DNA of 64,000 nucleotides, from positions 2,666,001 through 2,730,000 of the forward strand of contig OX597816.1 of assembly GCA_951406725.2 (NCBI GenBank), written 5' to 3'. Positions 1-13,381 of this stretch are shown here, in pieces; positions within the stretch are counted from its first letter, which is position 1, and each line of letters starts with the position of its first letter. The notes below the pieces were generated by a model. It was not told the origin of the DNA, made no database searches, and saw only the letters and a list, made by a program, of their open reading frames with translations. The translations under genes and the position numbers were made by a program. The DNA comes from Octopus vulgaris. Its lineage: Eukaryota.

Positions 1-884
1 ACAGACCCCAGTAGAACCGTCCAACCCATGCTAGCATGGGAAACGGACGCTAAACGACGATGATGATGATGATTATGATGATGATGATACATGTTATATT
101 TTACATCTCATTTCAGATGTTTGTCTGTCTCTGTTTCGTTCATATTAGACATCAAAGCAACTTTAAATATACTTTAAAATACTACATTTAGACCACAGCA
201 ATCTCATGCCAATAAATTATCACTATTGTTACATAGAGCTTTTATTGGTAGCCATGTTTAGCTGTCCAATGCATGGATTGACCAAAACTGTAATGGAACA
301 TAAGTAATGGCACTTGTCTCTACTTGTGCCAGATGTCTCCTTAGCCATCATAGCTCAATGCTTTGCTTTACCATTTTTCGGTTGAAATCCTCTTCTTTTG
401 TTTCAGTTAATTCTGAAAATAATGAAGAATTTAGCGAAATAACTTTGTCGTTATGAAGCAGGTTTTTGGAACCTAAATTAATGTGAACTTTTGGTGGAAG
501 GTTTTACTTTGGAACACTTTAAAGGAAGACGTTTAAATCCACAGACGTAGGAGTGGTCTTATGTGGATTAGTATAAAAAGAATTAAATGGATTCGTATAT
601 GCTATACTGCTATGTTCACAGTGTCAGGGGATGAATTATTCAGTCAAAGGAAGCTCTATTATGTCCTTTGACAAGGTTTACCTTCAATGTTGGTGTAGAA
701 GATTGATGCTAAAATAGTCAAAAGAAAACCGTTTTTCTGTGAGTTCTTCGACACAGTCACCACTTTGACCGTTGTTATCTTCTATGGAATCTTTATCTAA
801 TTCTACCAACATTAGCGTTGCTCTTTATGCTTGTTTTTCTCCACGGGCATCGGTCAAATAATCATACACGTACACGATAATATC

Positions 885-1251
885 ATCATCATCATTTAGC
901 ATCCGTTGTCCATGGGTTGGACAGTTTGACCAGGGCTGGGAAGCTGGAAGGCTGCACCTGACTCCAGTCTGATTTGGCATGATTTTCTATGGCTGGATGC
1001 CCTTCCTAATGCCAACCACTCTGAGAGTGTAATGGGTGCTTTTATGTGCCACCAGCATAGGTGCCAATTGTGTGACAGCAATATCTGCCACATCTGTGAT
1101 TTTGCTTGGCTTCATGAGTCTTCTACTCAAGCATGACATAATGCCAGTGGTCTTGGTCATTGTCTCTTGTGAGGCTGGACACTCGAAAGCAGCTCAACCA
1201 CTTTGCCTCTGTGAAGCCCAATGCTTGCAAAGTGCTTTTTACGTGACAGTA

Positions 1252-1285
<34 letters not shown>

Positions 1286-1980
1286 AAATCGAAATCGAAT
1301 TGAACCAATCCTATGACTGGCACCCGGCAGATGCCAGGACCCCTGGACTGGTGGTACGTAAAAAGCACTATCCGACTCGTGGCCGATGCCAGCGCCACCT
1401 TGACTGGCTTCCATGCCGGTGGCACGTAAATTGCACCAATCCAACCGTGGCCGTTGCCAGCCTCGCCTGGCACCTGTGCGGGTGGCACGTAAAAAGCACC
1501 CACTACACTCACGGAGTGGTTGGCGTTAGGAAGGGCATCCAGCTGTAGAAACATTGCCAGATAAGACTGGAGCCTGGTGCAGCCTTCTGGCTTCCCAGAT
1601 CCCCGGTCGAACCGTCCAACCCATGCCAGCATGGAAAGCGGATGCTAAACGATGATGATGATGATGATGATATATATATCATCATCATCATCATCATTGT
1701 TTAATGTCTGCTTTCCATGCTGGCATGGGTTGGACGGTTTGACTGAGGCCTGGTGAGCCAGAAGGCTGCACCAGTCATATATATATATATATATCATCAT
1801 CATCATCATCATCGTTTAACGTCCATTCTCCATGCTAGCACAGGTTGGACGGTTCGACCGGGGTCTGGGAAGCCAGGAGGCTGCACCAGGCTCCAGTCTG
1901 ATCTGGCAGTGTTTCTACAGCTGGATGCCCTTCCTAACGCCAACCACTCCGTGAGTGTAGTGGGTGCTTTTTACGTGCCA
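885..1980. mobile_element. Cluster of (GAT)n-tailed SINE 3' fragments in both orientations
   Basis: motif GGAGTGGTTGGCGTTAGGAAGGGCATCCAGCTGTAGAAAC...GGACG(T/C)TAAACGATGATGAT or its reverse complement at ~885-1060, 1490-1668, 1680-1772 and 1795-1980; the same family recurs at ~1-85, 3928-4065, 9460-9635, 10603-10890, 11371-11523, 12213-12490, 13349-13540, 20463-20788, 25012-25170 and 27087-27650. Confidence 0.85.
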
Positions 1981-2035
1981 CATATATATATATTGCTACA
2001 GCTATCAATTCTACACTATGATATCACTATCACTA

Positions 2036-2895
2036 AAGGTGGCATCAAAAAGTTCCTAGACTAGTTCTGAAGCATGCCAACAGATGGCAGTATGGTTGCA
2101 TGCGCAGTGACCTTCATGAGGCAGTGTACTGAGTGACATTGCTGTGTTTACTTCACAAGTTGTGAAATTTGTGTTTTTGTGATCACTTGTATGCTGTAGT
2201 CTGTGATTTTTTGTGATGGACAGGAAGTTGGAACAAAGTGCCAATGTGAAATTTTGCATAAAACTTGAGAAGTCTGCTTCATAGACATTGAGCATGGTTT
2301 GGTCGTACACAATGTTTTGAGTGCCATGGGCACTTCAGAAGCAGAAGAAGGTCCTTGGAAGATGATGCTGTGACCTGCCATGAGTGTCCCCCCCCCCAGA
2401 AAATGTGGAGGAGATTGATCAGATTATGTATGAGGATTGTCGGAGGACAATCAATGATGTTTTGAAGCGTTTGAGGGGAGGACATTCGGTGAAAGGGACC
2501 AGATCTGTGGAGCGCAAAGAACTGGATTCTTCACAACAACAATGAACCCTGTTACTGACCTCTCCTCACTCGTGAGTTTCTCACCAAAACAACATGGTGT
2601 TACTTCTGCACCTGCCCTGTTTGCCATATTTCCATTTCTTCTCCACAATAAGAATGCAGCTCAATGGTTGCTGTTTTAACACTGTTGTTGAGATCCAGAG
2701 CGAATTGCAGAAGGTCTTTGACTCACTTATAGAAAACGACTTCCAGGCCGGATTCCAAAAGTGGCAGGAATGCTGGGACTGGTGTATTGCTGTGCAAGGT
2801 GATTATTTCGAAGGAGATGAGGTTAAAATTTAGGTAAATAAATTCTTTTTTTTTATTAAACATGAATCGTCCTGGAACTTTTTGATGCCACCTCA
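2036..2895 (+). mobile_element. Degenerate, internally deleted mariner/Tc1 DNA transposon
   Basis: TIRs AGGTGGCATCAAAAAGTTCC / GGAACTTTTTGATGCCACCT; transposase C-terminal remnant ...FQAGFQKWQECWDWCIAVQGDYFEGD. Confidence 0.85.
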
Positions 2896-3125
2896 TATAT
2901 TATTTTCTGTATCAAACAAACTGGGATCTGATTTCACAGTTTCACATGTCTTTTTTTGTATAGATCGATAGACTTAGATCGTTTCCTCTACAGAAATGTA
3001 TCCACGGATGCAGTGTGTACTGGATTTGAAGTAACGATTCACAATTTGTCTTTACTATAATTGTAATTACAAGAGGTAAATGTGTTGCTTTAAATCTCAT
3101 TATTATAATTCTATATTTTCCTTAG

Positions 3126-3268
3126 TTCTTTATCACCCTGGAAGAAAATCTGGATTACTTAGATGGCACTCACACAGTCTTTGGAGAAGTTGCCGAAGGT
3201 TTTGACATTGTTGACAAGATAAATGAAGCTTATTGTGATAAAGATCACCGACCTTTTCGCGATATCAG
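3126..3268 (+). CDS. PPIL4: PPIL4 exon A (cyclophilin domain, C-terminal part); gene is 5'-incomplete in this window
   Basis: ttag|TTC...ATCAG|gtgagg; translates [48 protein letters not shown], matching the PPIL4 LDxxHTVFGEV cyclophilin segment; 143 nt, phase 0 to 2. Confidence 0.95.
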
Positions 3269-3850
3269 GTGAGGCCAGTTTCCTATTTATTCCTCATGTT
3301 GTTATTCAGATGGCAGTGAAATAGTTTTCTTGGTACCAATAATCTCAATAAACTGATTATCTTTTCCAAAATTGACATAAAATATGGAAGCAGCTAATTG
3401 AAACCTCAGTCTATCTTTTAGCGTTTTTATAATTTATTCCCAATAAAATGAAGATCAATTTGATTTTGGAGTGATTTGAACTTAGGATGGATATTGCTTT
3501 GGTCTGTTCTTTTGTAATCTACATTGACACCTGGCTTCCAAATGCTTATAACAGTTTGAATTTACAGCCTCTGAGTCTCATTGCTAATTTCCAGAAATCT
3601 CTGCAGCTTTCCTTTTATTTTGATTAACATTAAAAAAAAGTGATGTTCCACCTCAGGTCATTTTTGTTTTTTAAAGAAGAGCAATGGTGGAGAGGCTTGT
3701 TGGCTGCAAACACTGGATTTGTTGTTAAGTATTCATTTTTGTATGAGCCACAGATCTCGTTTTGAGCTCAGATTGTACCTCGTCTTCAGACTAATTATAA
3801 CACATCAGTTGAATGCCAAATAAGTAATCATTATCAATCATTGTCTAAAC

Positions 3851-4155
3851 CAGTGGTTCCTAACCTGTGGTCCATAGACCCCTGGTGGTCTGCAAAAGTA
3901 GATTTGAGGATCTGTGAACTAAATTCGAAGGGCATCCAGCTGTAGAAACACTGCCAGATCAGACTGGGTCTGGTGCAGCCTTCTGGCTTCCCAGACCCCA
4001 GTTGCACCGTCCAACCCATGCCATCATGGAAAGCGGACGCTAAACGATGATGACGATGATGATGATATGAAATAGGATAAGCATATTAAAAGGGGTCCTT
4101 GGGAGAACTCATTTAAATAAAGGGTTCTTGGTAGTGAAAAAGTTGCGACCCACCA
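3851..4155. mobile_element. hAT-like MITE with a SINE fragment inserted
   Basis: ends CAGTGGTTCCTAACCT ... AGTTGCGACCCACCA; 8-bp flanking duplication GTCTAAAC/GTCCAAAC. Confidence 0.6.
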
Positions 4156-4425
4156 GTCCAAACGCTTTACTCCACAGTCCTTCACAAATGCAGATCTTAC
4201 TACAATTCAATTTTATCCCTGATCAAGTCACATGTCTCTGCTCCAATTTGTTTGACGGAACGAAAGCAAGTCTCATTTGTTCCATTGAGTTTGAGGACAG
4301 AAGCAAAGACTTCCAGCAATAAAAACTGTTTCTCTTACAAATAGCCCCACCCTCTTCCACACGTATGTAAATAGTAAAGGAAAATAAATCTCAATACGCC
4401 TCCCCCCACCAACTCACACGCTGCC

Positions 4426-4451
4426 TATCAATCTATCTATCTATCTATCTG

Positions 4452-4518
<67 letters not shown>

Positions 4519-4520
4519 GC

Positions 4521-4552
<32 letters not shown>

Positions 4553-4679
4553 TTGTCTATCTGTCTGTCTGTCTGTCTATCTATCTATTTGTCTATCTGT
4601 CTATCTGTCTATCTATCTATCTATCTGTCCGTCTATCTGTCTATCTGTCTATCTACCTATCTGTCTACCTATCTATCTG

Positions 4680-4738
<59 letters not shown>

Positions 4739-4739
4739 G

Positions 4740-4817
<78 letters not shown>

Positions 4818-4827
4818 CGTCTATCTG

Positions 4828-4893
<66 letters not shown>

Positions 4894-4919
4894 CGTCTAT
4901 CTGTCTATCTATCTATTTG

Positions 4920-4974
<55 letters not shown>

Positions 4975-5000
4975 GTCTATCTGTCTGTCTCTCTCTATAT
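4426..5000. repeat. (TCTA)n/(TCTG)n microsatellite ending ~30 nt before the exon B acceptor
   Basis: direct reading. Confidence 0.97.
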
Positions 5001-5028
5001 ATATCCCTATTTTTACTTCTTGAAACAG

Positions 5029-5125
5029 GATTTACCATACAGTTATTATATATGATCCCTATGATGACCCACCACACTTGGACATTCCTGCGATGTCACC
5101 TGTGCCTACAAAAGAGCAACTTGAA
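5029..5125 (+). CDS. PPIL4: PPIL4 exon B
   Basis: acag|G...GAA|gtaaaa; (R)[32 protein letters not shown], similar to PPIL4 INHTVILDDPFDDP; phase consistent with neighbouring exons. Confidence 0.93.
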
Positions 5126-6247
5126 GTAAAAGATAATTTTCTGATGTCTCTTCTTTTTTTTTCTGTTTTCTTTTGTTTTTTTTAAAATTGTTTTATAATA
5201 TCTTAACAATATTTGCAACGAGTGAGTCTTAATTAGTGGCAATTAGTGCTAAATCCTGCATAAAACCATTGTTTTGAGAAAATCTATCACCAAGTTGGTA
5301 CGGCACCAGATGACAGCCAAGAGGATAAAAATTTGTATCTTATCACTGACATTGCTTCGTATTTGAGGGGCCAAAACCTGTAATCTTCCACACCCCTGCC
5401 TATCTGGCTGCCTAAGCTGCATGGAAATATGGCAGAGCAGAGTGATATAACCTCAGCAGAAGCAATGGCCATACTTTGAAATTAAATGGTGAAGCATTGA
5501 CTTGAAGTGTCCAGTTCAGTTGTTGCCTAAGAAATATGTGTTTGTTAGGATGATACTTCAGACATCTGCCAATTTGTTTCTCAACTTTGTAATGCTGTAG
5601 AAAGCAGAAATAAATATTGGTCCAATGAAACTGGGATGCCTCTGGAGTTTGGAAAATCTCAGTAAAATGCCTCTCCATCTCTGCCAATCAACATGTGACA
5701 TTGTGCAACATTGGAGACCTCTAACCATAGCTGGATCCCTGAGTCTTGCCACTGTGAAGTAAAATTTGAACTCCAGGCAGAAACACACTTCAGGCATCCC
5801 ATCTTATGCCCCGACAATTTTGCAAATCACCGTATTAATCCCGAAAAGATGAAAGACGAAGGTGAACTTGGTGGTATTTGATCTCATGATGTAGAGAGCT
5901 GAAACAGGTACCACTGGGCATTCTGGCCTTGAATCAATATTTAGAACTTATAATTTAGAATTATGAGAGAGAGAGAGAGAGAGTCATGCTCAAACAAACC
6001 TTTTAATTATAAAAACATATCCATTTGTCATTTGGTTAAAAAAATATGTACGATATATAAATTGAGCATATTTAATTAAAAATAAAAGTACATTTTGTTG
6101 AGTAACAAATACAATTTTGTTTATTATATATTTGGTAAAATTAATTGTTATCTATAGTGATGTTTAATTAAGCCATGATAATATAAATTGCGAAAGTTAC
6201 ATTGTGTTTGGAAATAATTTTTAATGCCATAAAACTCAAATTTGTAG

Positions 6248-6364
6248 AGTGACCGTATTGGTGACACTGAAGAACTTGATGACACTAAAGGTATGACTGA
6301 AGAAGAAATGAGAGAGCTTATGGAACAAAAAGAAGCCAAATCCAATGCCCAGATTCTAGAAATG
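6248..6364 (+). CDS. PPIL4: PPIL4 exon C
   Basis: gtag|AGT...ATG|gtaagt; SDRIGDTEELDDTKGMTEEEMRELMEQKEAKSNAQILEM; 117 nt, phase 0. Confidence 0.94.
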
Positions 6365-6636
6365 GTAAGTTACCAACGCTTTTAGAATTTCTTTTCAGAA
6401 TTTTGTTTCAAGCGAAATATTGATATTATTTAGTTGCAATGATGTATTTTAAATAAGGAAGTCGTTAGTACTTTGGTTAAAGGTTAAAGGTTTCTTTTCT
6501 ATCCTAAATGGGTTCGATTGGTTTGTCTTGCTTGTTACGTTCACCTGTTTATTGCAACTGAAGACTCCCCACAAATCCGACCATCGTTATAACTTCTCAC
6601 CTCCATCACGAGTTATTTCCCCTGTCTCGTCCCTAG

Positions 6637-6761
6637 GTCGGAGATCTTCCCGACGTCGATGTTGCACCTCCAGAAAACGTTTTGTTTGTCTGCAAGTTGA
6701 ACCCAGTTACTACGGAGGAGGACCTGGAAATTATCTTCTCTCGCTTTGGTAATATTCGCAG
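6637..6761 (+). CDS. PPIL4: PPIL4 exon D (start of RRM)
   Basis: ctag|GTC...CGCAG|gtaagt; [41 protein letters not shown] with RNP2 LFVCKL. Confidence 0.97.
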
Positions 6762-7690
6762 GTAAGTCCTGACTTTCAAGTTCCCATTTTTATTCTTGTG
6801 TCACGAGACAGGCAAGGGTCATTTGTCTGAAGTAAGGCATGGCTGTGGGGTTAAATAAAGGATCTTTCTAGCTACACTAGTTTTGAGTTCAATTCTAGTG
6901 TGTGGCACCTTGGCCAAGACGTTTCTGCTACAGCCCCGACCATAACCTAATGAGTGGAACTGGTGGACAGAAACTGAAAGCAGTTTCTTCTACAGACGTC
7001 TTCATTATTAATTGTTCCCTTTTTCTATGCTTGCATAGATTAGGAGGAGTTTATTGAGAGAGGTTTTCTACAGCTGGATGCCCTTCCTGTTGCCAACCCT
7101 CACCTGTTTCCAAGTAAGGTCATGTTTCCCCTATGGCCAAACATTTTCTTGCAGTATATTGGAAATGAATGACACCGCTTGTATAACAGGGACACTCATT
7201 TACACACTTTCAGTTTCTGTCTATCAAATCCACTCACACGGCTTTCGTTGACATGGGGCAATTACAGAAGATACTTGCTCAAAATGTCACGCTGTGGGAC
7301 TGAACCCAGAGCCATGCTTGTAGGCACTAACACTTCTACTAATTCATTGCCCCAATAATGATAATAATATTGATAATAATAATGATGGGGTCTCCTGTTG
7401 AAGACGGTGTATGAGTTTTCAGCAAAAACTGAACGACCTGCACAAAGGATTAGTTTATAGGGATCAAGCGTACGTGTTGTACGTTAGCTCACTCCCTTCA
7501 TCAAATCGATGACGTTACCTGAACAGGTGCACGTTGTAACAGGTGTCGGGTGATTGCAGATCAATGCGAGATGAAGTGTTTTGCCCATAAACAAAACACA
7601 CCACCCAGTCTAGGAATTGAAACCACAATCTCATGATCATGACTGCAACACACTAACCACTTGGCCATGCGTCCTCACAACAACAACGAC

Positions 7691-7744
<54 letters not shown>

Positions 7745-7815
7745 AAAGGTATTGATGTGTAGGAATTGATTTAATCTGTTTGTCTATTCATATATTTATT
7801 TATATTTTTATTTAG

Positions 7816-7882
7816 CTGCGAAGTGATCAAAGACTCGAAAACTAAAGAATCCCTGCAGTATGCATTTATTGAATTTGAAAAG
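7816..7882 (+). CDS. PPIL4: PPIL4 exon E (RRM RNP1)
   Basis: ttag|C...AAG|gtgaat; (S)CEVIKDSKTKESLQYAFIEFEK. Confidence 0.96.
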
Positions 7883-8320
7883 GTGAATACCATTCTTTTG
7901 TTCTTTGATGAGTTCTTTTTTTTTCCCTTTTTTACCAATCCCATCATTACTAACATCAATTGTCAAACATTTACCATTTATTCATTTACAAACAAATTTT
8001 GTCCACTGTTAAACAATATTCTTTCTGTCTCCTGTTGATAGTCGAAAACATGAAATCAAAATTGACCTGTGATAAATAATAAACTTCACCCCCGTTTTCT
8101 GCATGTATTCTCTTCTGCTTTGACAGTTTGTCCATCTTTTTCTACTTTGACAGTTTGTCTTGACACCTTGTCTCTTTCATCCTTGTTTTCTTTTCTTACT
8201 GAGGTAGCCATGTATCTCCTCTACAATAAGAAACCCGTGCCTCTCTCGCCATCATACTTTACCTCTCAACACCTGGCACAAAGCCACTCCACTTAATACT
8301 ACTCTGTCCCTCTCACTTAA

Positions 8321-9400
8321 CCCTTTCGTTACCAAACCGCCCAAAGCCGCCCGAAAAAAATTTTAGTTAATGTGACCAAACCGCCCAAAGCCGCCCGAAT
8401 TTACCTATTCATATTTAAATGAGAATATCAGAGCAAATCTCTTTAGTACATTCGTGAAAACACGTATTATACTTCGTAAACAGTTCAACTACAGTTTTGT
8501 ACAATAATCGAAGTGTAATTTTAATTCCGTGAATTTTGAGAGATTTTTTTCCGAAATTTGTTCCTATTGTGTTTTCAAAATTTGTAATTCTGACAAAAAA
8601 TGGATACGAATTTCATTATATCAAGCAGCGAGTCAGAATTCGAAGGATTTTCTACTGAAGACCTTCATAAATCTAACTCTATGACTGAAAAAAAAAGCAC
8701 ATGGTATTTGATAACGAATCTGATGTTTCATTTTCCGAAAGTGAAAACAGTGAATTCGAGAGCTCCGACAGCGATAAAGAAAACGAATTGGCACCTGAAT
8801 GGAGTGAAAATTTAAAAACTGTTTCTTTCGGTGATTTTTCTGAAGAAACTGGACCAAGCCACAGACTTTCCCAGAGGAGTAAAGCCTTAGACTATTTCTT
8901 TTTACTTTTTCGAATGAGCCTATTTGAAATCATTACGGCGAAAACGAACAGTTACGCTAAACGTAAACAAAGCGAAAGAAAGGATAGTTTGTTATTTCCC
9001 ATAACCTTAAATGAAATTAAGACTATTTTGCCGTAAATATTATTATGGGTATCAGAAAGTTACCCAGAATAACAAATTCTATCGTAAAATTTTGTTGTAT
9101 ACCCAATTGAATATTAGCTAATAACCCATTTTCTATAGCGATGTTTGAACAAAATTTTAATTTTATATTTTGTTGAATTTACCTGTATCTACCTGCAATT
9201 AGAGTCACTTTGTGACAAAAATTATAGTATAGAATTAGTTGCGAATATTTCATTAAATTATCTTCCAAAAATCAGATTAATATATTGATAAATAAAAGTT
9301 ATAGTTGTTTAATGAAACCAGACTAAATTTATGATTATGTTAGAAATTAATTGAAACACATAAGGGGTGTATTTTGGTCAGAAATATAGTAACAAAAGGG
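8321..9400 (+). mobile_element. Non-autonomous piggyBac-family element in a PPIL4 intron
   Basis: TTAA|CCCTTTCGTTAC ... GTAACAAAAGGG|TTAA; subterminal direct repeat ACCAAACCGCCCAAAGCCGCCCGAA x2; frameshifted N-terminal transposase remnant (SSSESEFEGF..., LDYFFLLF..TNSYA..ITLNEIK). Confidence 0.85.
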
Positions 9401-9704
9401 TTAAGAGGTCTTTGAGGGGTCTTGAAGATAATTGGCAAGCTCACAAGAGCTGGCATCATGAAAATAGCACCCACTACTTTCTGTAAAGTAGTTGGTATTA
9501 GGAAAGACATCCGGCCATAGACACCTTGCCAAAGCAGATGCTGGAGGTGCAGTGCAGCCCTGTGGCACGTTGGCTCCTCTCAAACTCTCTGACTCATGCC
9601 AGCACGGAATATGCATGGTAAATAATGACGATGATGGTAAAATCATTATAGCCACTTACCCCCCCCACACACACACACTATTTGTAACTGTGTATGTATA
9701 ATCA

Positions 9705-9941
9705 TTATCTATTTCTTTACTACCCACAAGGGGCTAAACACAGAGGGGACAAGCAATGACAGATAAACGGATTAAGTCGATTATATCGACCCCAGTGCGT
9801 AACTGGTACTTATTTAATCGACCCCGCAAGGATGAAAGGCAAAGTCGACCTCGGCGGAATTTGAACTCACAACGTAACGGCAGACGAAATACCGCTAAGC
9901 ATTTCGCCTGGTGTGCTAACGTTTCTGCCAGCTCACCGCCT
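9705..9941 (-). mobile_element. SINE family (GGCGGTGAGCTGGCAGAAACGTTAGC...GAGGTCGACTTTGCCTTTCATCC)
   Basis: near-identical copies at ~24290-24685 (-), 31870-32080 (-), 33890-34290 (+), 62685-62850 (+); more degenerate copies at ~11030-11320 and 27670-28100. Confidence 0.8.
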
Positions 9942-10297
9942 TATATGTATAATCATTATCAACCTGTTTCCCAATGCTTGTTAGGGGCTGAAAGGGTCTT
10001 CTCTCATTTATGGCATTCTCTCATCTGTTGCAGACCCTTTTGTTTCCTTGATGGTGTCCAACAGCTTGGGATCAACCTTCACCACTTCCATGGGGCCTTT
10101 CCATTTAAATCCCTTGGCACATCTTTACCCATCTTTCATTTACACATCACGTACCTTCAGCAGCTCAGTTTCCCCTCTTGTACATTACAGCTGCTTCATC
10201 TCATGCCAAATTCTACTCTGAACTCATTTGGACATCTGTTTCATATAAGGCCCTTCTCTGCAAACCTGCCTCTGACCCCGTTGCCTCTCTTGTGCAC

Positions 10298-10590
10298 TCA
10301 TAGTTTACACTGAATGCTGTCTCCCTGTTTCTCAATTGAACATGTCCACTTTCCAGATGGCTGAAGTGTTTTGTCTTCTTTCCTGTTTACTAAAACTTGT
10401 GTCTTAATCGGGTTTAGTTTTACGGCTCCTTGGTTCTGGTTTGTGCTTCCAAGTTTGGAATTTTTCTCTAATTCTTCAACAAATTCAGCAATGAGAAGTA
10501 GTTCATTGGCAGTCACAAATTCCTACAAGCAGCTGGACTGTGTTAGGGTCTGGAGAGCTTTAATTAACAGAAGGGATGAGGGTTGATATG
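10298..10590 (-). mobile_element. LINE reverse-transcriptase fragment (degenerate)
   Basis: ...LLIAEFVEELEKN..GAVKLNPIKTQVLV resembles the RT region just after the YADD motif. Confidence 0.45.
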
Positions 10591-11319
10591 TGATGGACAT
10601 CTCATCATCATCATCATTTAACGTCCGTTTTCCATGCTAGCATGGGTTGGACGGTTTGACCAGGGTCAGGTAAGCCATGGATGCTGCACCAGGCTCCAGC
10701 CTGCTTTGGCAGAGTTTCTACAGCTGGATGCCCTTCCTAACGCCAACCACTCCGTGAGTGTAGTGGGTGTTTTTTACGTGCCACTGGCACAGGGGCCAGG
10801 TGAGGCTGGCAAATGGCCACACTCGGCTGGTGCTTTTACATGTCACTGACACAGGCGGCGCTGGCATCTGCCACGTTCGGACGGTGGATGCCAGCACCGC
10901 TTATTATAGTCTTTGCTGAATTTATTGTTACCCCTTGTCCTGTTGATGACATCTTTATATATGGGTTGTTCAACCCTCACAAGCTGTTCTACCCCAATCA
11001 GATCCTGGGGTCAATGTAATTAACTGCCCCCCCCCCCCCCATCTCCCTAAAACTGCTGGCTTTGTGCCAAAATTTGAAATCATTATTATTATTGTTATTA
11101 AGGCAGCAAACCGACTGAATTGTTAATGCATCAGACAAAACTGCTTAGCCGCATGTCCCCCACTTCTTTAGGTTCTCAGATCAAACCCTGCCATGGTCAG
11201 TTTTGCCTTTTATTCTTGTTAGAATCAATAAAATAAAGTCCCACTCAGGTAATAGAGTTCATATAATCAACTTATGCTTTCCCCCTGAATTTGCTGGCCT
11301 TGCGCCAACATTTGAGGCA

Positions 11320-11370
<51 letters not shown>

Positions 11371-11813
11371 TGGAGTGGTTGGCGTTAGGAAGGGCATCCA
11401 GCTGTAGAAACTCTGCCAGATCAACATTGGAGCCTGATACAGCCATCTGGTTCGCCAGCCCTCAGTCAAACTGCCCAACCCATGCTAGCATGGAAAGCGG
11501 ACGTTAAACGATGATGATGATGACTGCACTGGTGACAGCAGGATCTGAACCACTGATGCCTGAGTTGCTGCCTGGTATCCCTTTCACCACCATCTACATT
11601 CTCATAATTTACTAGACTCAGCTTAACCCTTCAGCACTCCAACTGGCCACTGCTGGCCCAAATAGTCTACCTGTTTTATGCTCAAAATGGCCATATTCAG
11701 TATTTATAGAATGACCTTGCAAGGTCATTCCAAAAATAAATAATCAGGTCAATGAAACCTCAAAGCTGGAAGATAATTCATGATTAATTCAAAGCAATGT
11801 GAATAAACTGGTG

Positions 11814-11980
11814 CAGGAGTGGCTGCGTGGTAAGAAGCTTGCTTCCCAAACTCATGGTTCTGGGTTCAGTCCCACTGCGTGCCACCTTGGGCAAGTGTCT
11901 TTTACTATAGCCTTGGGCTGACCAAAGCCTTGTGTGTGAATTTGGTAGACGGAAACTGAAAAACGCCTGTCATATATGTT

Positions 11981-12011
<31 letters not shown>

Positions 12012-12185
12012 ATTTGTGTGCCTGTGTTTGTTCCCCCAACATCGGTTGACAATGTGGTTCAGCAAAAGAGACCGATAGAACAAATACTAAGCTTACAAAG
12101 AATAAGTCCTGGGGTTGAATTGTTCAACTAAAAGGTGATGCTCCAGCATGGCTGCAGTCAAATGACTGAAACAAGTAAAAGGAAT
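11814..12185 (+). mobile_element. tRNA-related SINE family with internal microsatellite (GGAGTGGCTGTGTGGTAAG...CTTGGGCAAGTGTC...ATGACTGAAACAAGTAAAA)
   Basis: A/B-box-like head; copies at ~23150-23965 (-), 36020-36410 (-), 38560-38857 (-), 46610-47065 (-), 50150-50306 (-), 52582-53010 (+), 54040-54335 (-). Confidence 0.8.
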
Positions 12186-12714
12186 AAATAAGGATTACAT
12201 TTGACAGAATAATCATCATCATCATCGTTTAACGTCCGCTTTCCATGCTGGCATGGGTTGGACGATTTTGACTGAGGGTTGGGGAACCAGATGGCTGCAC
12301 CAGGCTCCAATCTGATCTGGCAGTGTTTCTACAGCTGGATGACCTTCCTAACGCCAACCACTTTGTGAGTGTAGTGGGTGCTTTTTATGTGCCACCGGCA
12401 CAGGTGCCAGGGGAGGTTGGCAAATGGCCACGATCGGTTGGTGCTTTTACGTATCACCAACACGGACGCTAGTCAGGCAGCGTTGGCATCACGGGCCAGG
12501 ATACCAAAAGGGTTGTTATGGCTGTATCCTTCTCCTGTTTAGGTTGGTTTGTCCCATCACACCTTTGTTCCAAGTTCTCTTCAGTTTTATTCCCAGCCTA
12601 GAAATGTATTTAGAATGTTTCTTCAAAAACTTTATATTCTTGCCTCTGACTAATGTGTCACGATAATAATTTTATTTATTTCTTGTATTTTTAAAAATTT
12701 TTCTGTTATGGCAG

Positions 12715-12826
12715 CCGGAGGAATGTGAAAATGCTTATTTCAAAATGGACAACGTCTTGATTGACGACCGTCGAATACATGTTGACTTCAGTCAGTCCGT
12801 TGCCAAACTCAAGTGGAAGGGCAAAG
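12715..12826 (+). CDS. PPIL4: PPIL4 exon F (end of RRM)
   Basis: gcag|CCG...AAAG|gtaatt; [37 protein letters not shown]. Confidence 0.97.
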
Positions 12827-12933
12827 GTAATTTAGCTTTGTTTAGGTTTAAATAACAAAAACAAATTGTAAAAATTCTGAAGAAAACATTTTTGGCTTGC
12901 TATCATTGTCATCATCACCACCACCACCATCAC

Positions 12934-12964
<31 letters not shown>

Positions 12965-13348
12965 TTAATCTCTAACTTTCAACACTTGTATGAGGCAGAT
13001 GACTGCGTGTTTGGGTGGAGTTTTTCTGTGGTTGGATGCCCTTCCTGTTGCCAACCTTTCTTTGTTTCCAAGTGAGGTAATAATCTCTCAGTCTCTCAAA
13101 CAACAAACAACTTGGACATATTTGTGTTGTGGAGAACTGGAAGCAAGCAATGTTGAAGTGAGTCTTTCGTTCTCAAAGATTGTCAAAAAGCCTAAAGATG
13201 CTTTTGTAGGTTGACTACAAGCAAATGACGGCATTAATGAAGCCGTCGTTTTGAAAACAGGCGAGCAGAGGGCATGTGCGGATAAGAGGGAAATACAGAA
13301 TTAGGGACAGAAACACATACTCACACCCAAACACACACATACACGTGT

Positions 13349-13381
<33 letters not shown>

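Noticed and set aside
1036-1632. Recurrent ORFs containing LQLDALPNANHS
   Set aside because: Translations of a multi-copy SINE, not a protein family
1-3100. 5' exons of PPIL4
   Set aside because: No N-terminal cyclophilin motifs recognised; presumed upstream of the window
4553-5023. Long ORFs of the SIYL/YIYI/MYVC/HTYI type here and at ~23.2, 35, 36.5, 37.7, 43, 44.4, 49, 54.8 and 60.5 kb
   Set aside because: Translations of microsatellites that happen to lack stop codons
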